The position numbers and the translations under genes are program-made. Below the pieces are notes generated by a model. It made no database searches. It saw only the letters and a program-made list of their open reading frames with translations, and was not told where the DNA came from. From Chrysemys picta bellii (Eukaryota): a stretch of DNA of 64,000 bases. Below, in pieces: positions 60,573 through 64,000 of this stretch. The stretch covers positions 9,176,001 through 9,240,000 of the forward strand of contig NC_088794.1 of NCBI RefSeq assembly GCF_011386835.1. The letters are read 5' to 3'. The number at the start of each line of letters is the position of its first letter. Positions within the stretch are counted from its first letter, which is position 1.

Positions 60573-61074
60573 TCAAAGTCTGTTTGCTGGGTCCACAGGA
60601 AGGTTTTCCAGGAAGGTGGGACATTAGCATCTTCAAAGACCTATTGTTTTTCTTAATGGCCCATCCAGACTGATTGCATTGTCTGGTGGGCGTTCGGCGG
60701 TAAAAACCCACTTGTAATTGATGCATAGTCAATATTCCTAACATTCCCCAGCTGTGCTGGAACCGAGATTGTCCTGCTCCTTCCCAGCATCCTGACCCCC
60801 TGCAGAGGGTCTTGGCTAATGGGGACCTTTCTCCTTCAAGATCTGGGACCCCCAAGATGGGGGTGTTTGTCACACACCAGATGGGGTCTCCTCCCCCCCA
60901 GACACTGACCCAGTTCCTGACCCTGCTTGTGTAGGAATCGTGGGTGATTTGGACATTAGGCGGATCCCCGCTATCCCCCATTCAGGCCTAAGTCCTGCAG
61001 CTCGTGTGGCTGGGACAGGGAGGTCCCTGGCTAACTGGCTCTCTCTCCCCTAACCGCACTCCTGGTGGGCGCAG

Positions 61075-61196
61075 GACGAGGCCCAGCAGCTAGTGTTCCT
61101 GCACGCCATCCACCCCGCGTGTCTGCTGCACAGCAGAGGGGGCAGGACACACTGGAGCCGCACTGCTCCAAGGCAGCTGTGGCGAAGAGGATTGTG
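61075..61196 (+). pseudogene. MROH-like (Maestro HEAT-like repeat) exon, apparent 1-bp frameshift
   Basis: GCAG|DEAQQLVFLHAIHPAC.. then the frame shifts to AAQQRGQDTLEPHCSKAAVAKRIV|GTGAG; 122 nt. Confidence 0.5.
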
Positions 61197-61493
61197 GTGA
61201 GCGAGACACGGTGCCCGGCAGCTGGAGGGTGGACAGAGACATGGGAGGGGCAGGGGTCTCCCTGGACTGGTTGGGGGATGGCTGGTGCTGGAGGGCAGCT
61301 GAGGGCAGGGATTGCTGGGGCTGAAGATTGGGGAGAAGAGACGGGAGAAATAGTGGGCAGGAATCGGAGGAGCGGGAGGCAGGTGGGGGGATCCTGCTGG
61401 CTGTGTGGGGTGCTGGCTGTGTAATCTCCTCATTGGGAAGTGTCAGTGAGGCCCAAATTTCACACGCTCCTTTGTCTCCTTTGTGTCTCACAG

Positions 61494-61573
61494 GAGCTCA
61501 TTGAGGAGCTTCCTCATGACTCTCCACCCGGCGCCGTCCTGGCCAACTCCCTCATTGCTGTGGCCAACCTCAG
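61494..61573 (+). CDS. MROH-like exon (ELIEELPHDSPPGAVLANSLIAVANL)
   Basis: CACAG|..CAG|GTACC; phase 0-2; helical HEAT-like sequence. Confidence 0.6.
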
Positions 61574-61853
61574 GTACCGAGACCCTCTTGCCCGGTTCCC
61601 CTAACCCCGGTGCTGCTCAGGCCCGTGGCTGGGAGTCACTGCCCCTCCCACTCCCAGTGGGGCTCCTCTGGCAGAGGTGGCAGGAAGGGTCACTCCCACT
61701 CCTGGCTGCTCTGTTCTTTTCACTCCAGTCACATTGCAATGGCTTTGGGGAGAGGCTGACTCCCAGGATCAGATACAGGAGGGGCAGCAGGGTCCAGGGA
61801 ACAGGCACCATTCCTGCCCTGCCACTGTCGGTCTGGGAAACCTTGGCCTTATC

Positions 61854-62743
61854 CAGGGCCGGCTTTAGCAAGAGCGGGGCCCGATTCCTGGGGGCGGGGC
61901 TTGCTGCAAGCCCCGCCCCCAGGAATCCAGCCGCGCCGCGGGGGGGGGGGGAGCCGCGCCGCGGGCGGGGGGCGGGGGGGGGAGAGACACGGGGAGACCC
62001 AAGCCGCGCCGCGGGGGGGGGGGGACACGGGGAGACCCGAGCCGCGCCACGCCGGGGACGGGGGGAGGGGGGACATGGGGAGAGCCGCGCCGCGGGGGGG
62101 ACGGAGGGAGGGGGGACACGGGGAGACCCGAGCCGCGCTGCGCCGGGGATGGAGGGGGGGGACACGGGGAGACCCGAGCCGCGCTGCGGGGGGGACGGAG
62201 GGGGGGGACATGGGGAGATCCGAGCCGCGCCGCAGGGGGGACAGGGGGGGTCAGGGGGAAACCCGAGCCGCGCCGCGGGGGGGGGGACACGGGGAGACCC
62301 GAGCCGTGCCGCGGGGGGGACGGGGACACGGGGAGACCCGAGCCGCGCCGGGGGCGGGGGGGACCCGAGCCGCGCCACGGGGGCCGCGCCGGGGGGGGGG
62401 ACCGAGCCGCGCCGCAGAAGCCGCGCCGGGGGGGGGCACCCGAGCCTTGGGGACCGGGCTGGGCCGGAGCCGCTGGGGCCTGCGGGAACGGGCCGCGCCT
62501 CCCCGGAGCCCTTCTCCCGCCCCCACCACCCCAGCTTATTTTGTGCTGCCGGCCCGCCCCTGCTTCGTCTCAGACTTCCCGCGAATCTCTGATTCGCGGG
62601 AAGCAGGGGAGGGGGCGGAGCGTGCAGGGGAGGGGAGGAGGGGGAAGTGAGCTGGGGGCGGGGTGGACAGCTGCAGCGCGAGGCCCTCTTGGCGCGGGGC
62701 CCAATTCAGCCGAATCGGCTGAATCGGCCTAAAGCCGGCCCTG
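61854..62743. mobile_element. hAT-type MITE with internal GC-rich minisatellite
   Basis: Perfect 15-bp TIR CAGGGCCGGCTTTAG and perfect 8-bp TSD GCCTTATC (61846-61853, 62744-62751); internal repeats GAGCCGCGCCGCGGGG..GACACGGGGAGACCC. Confidence 0.92.
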
Positions 62744-62882
62744 GCCTTATCATTCCCTGGCTCAGTGCCTCAGTTTCCATTTTCACCAGCCTCTGCCTAT
62801 TTTCCTGCAGTTTCATGTCTGTGTCGGTGCCAGTCCCACCCCCACACTGCACAGTCTAATACCGGCTCCTCTCTCTTGCCAG

Positions 62883-62988
62883 CACCATGACACCTGCCCT
62901 GGAGCCGGAGCTGGAGACCCACCTCCTCCGAGCTGCCCTGCACGCCGTCTTCACCCTGGGCACCCAGACGGACACCAATCAAGTCCAG
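62883..62988 (+). CDS. MROH-like exon (TMTPALEPELETHLLRAALHAVFTLGTQTDTNQVQ)
   Basis: GCCAG|..CAG|GTAGA; phase 2-0, continuous with the previous exon. Confidence 0.62.
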
Positions 62989-63195
62989 GTAGATCAGCTA
63001 AATCCTGGATTGAAGAGCCAGCTGTCATCCTGCCCGAATCCTTGCTAATTGCCTACAGTGGGATGTGAATGAGAGAGGCCAGGATACATGTTTGGGGGTC
63101 TCACCAGTGCTTCCCAGAGACCCCTCTTCTCATCCTGTGGCAGGTGTAGCCCCAGTTTCCCTAAGTCTGACCCATGACTCTCTCTTGCTTTGCAG

Positions 63196-63291
63196 GATCT
63201 GCAAAGGGTCATGCCAGACCTCCTGGACGCCATGCTGGGGAACCTGCTGGCAAAGTCCCCAGACACCGACAAGCTCCACTACATCTTGGAG
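63196..63291 (+). CDS. MROH-like exon (DLQRVMPDLLDAMLGNLLAKSPDTDKLHYILE); gene presumably continues beyond the window
   Basis: TGCAG|..GAG|GTGAG; L..ML..LL..SP...L..ILE is a pattern I associate with MROH proteins. Confidence 0.62.
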
Positions 63292-64000
63292 GTGAGCCCG
63301 ATGAGAGGGGTGCGGGCAATTTTACCTTAACTCTTAGATCCATTTTCCAGTCTGTCCTCCTAGCTGGCCCCCAGTGGCCATCCTTGGTCAGGGCAGTCAG
63401 TGCAATGCAGGGTCAGGCCCTTCCTCCTTGAAGAACAGAGGAAGGAGCTGGGACTTCAAGCCAGAGCTCTGCCGGTTCTGCTGAGCACTAACCATGGGGC
63501 CCCTGGCTGGCTTGGGGAGTGAGAGTCTGAACCCCGCCTGTGAGATCCAGAAGATGGTCCTCAGAGAAGAGCCACAGCCTTGTTCCTAGAGAAACAGGAG
63601 GGCCCCAGAGAATCAGCCCTTGTATCTGATGGGCCCCGAGATTCCTGGGGGGATTCTACTCACACTCAGTCTCTTCACCCAACCAAGGACTTGAGAGCCA
63701 GGGAGGGGGGAGGGGTCTGTCTCCTTCCTGGTGATCTGTTCAGGAATCAGGACTTCAGGGAGGATAGGACCAGCCCCGACACCGAGCATTGTCCCAATCT
63801 AGAGAGACAATACAAGTTGTGACCTGCAGGATGCAAGCATCATCCTGGGGGCAACAGTCCCCTTCTAAAGCTCTGCGATCAATGAATCAGATATTCCACC
63901 CCCCACCGCATGCAATATCTCAGCCCCCTGGGGATGGGGAGGGGCTCATTAGCACAACACATGCACCTGCCCATGAATCCTGAGCTGTCTCCTTTCCCCA

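Noticed and set aside
61483-62650. 369-aa and other Gly/Pro/Arg-rich ORFs
   Set aside because: They read through the GC minisatellite inside the hAT MITE; only the 61494-61573 exon is plausible coding sequence.

Overview
Vertebrate genomic DNA, most likely a turtle (tortoise-type tRNA/CR1-tail SINE, CR1 LINEs, Penelope-like ends, hAT MITEs), GC-rich, with one N gap (49916-50082). Genes, all assembled by eye from splice signals: an intronless TBRG1/NIAM-like gene (+, 2991-4076); three C2H2 zinc-finger genes with no visible KRAB-A (A +, 11 fingers; B -, 14 fingers; C +, 12 fingers); five-exon TACO1 (-); a complete KRAB-A+B zinc-finger gene D (+, 11 fingers) head-to-head with TACO1; and part of an MROH-like gene. 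Main observations: (1) one ~300-bp module (GGGTTAA ... GGGACCTTCC ... CG|GTGAG donor ... GGAAATCGCTG) sits, always in sense orientation, in front of TBRG1-like and ZNF A, B and C, and partly in front of TACO1, suggesting a reusable promoter/leader exon that captured non-ZNF genes including a retrocopy. (2) Intron 3 of gene D holds a 5'-truncated LTR retroelement with a dual RNase H pol, an env-type splice acceptor and a decayed membrane-anchored glycoprotein, resembling lokiretroviruses. (3) Penelope-like ends carry hammerhead ribozyme cores. (4) Gene D has a homogenised finger array cut short by a frameshift. No database searches were possible, so family assignments rest on recognised motifs.
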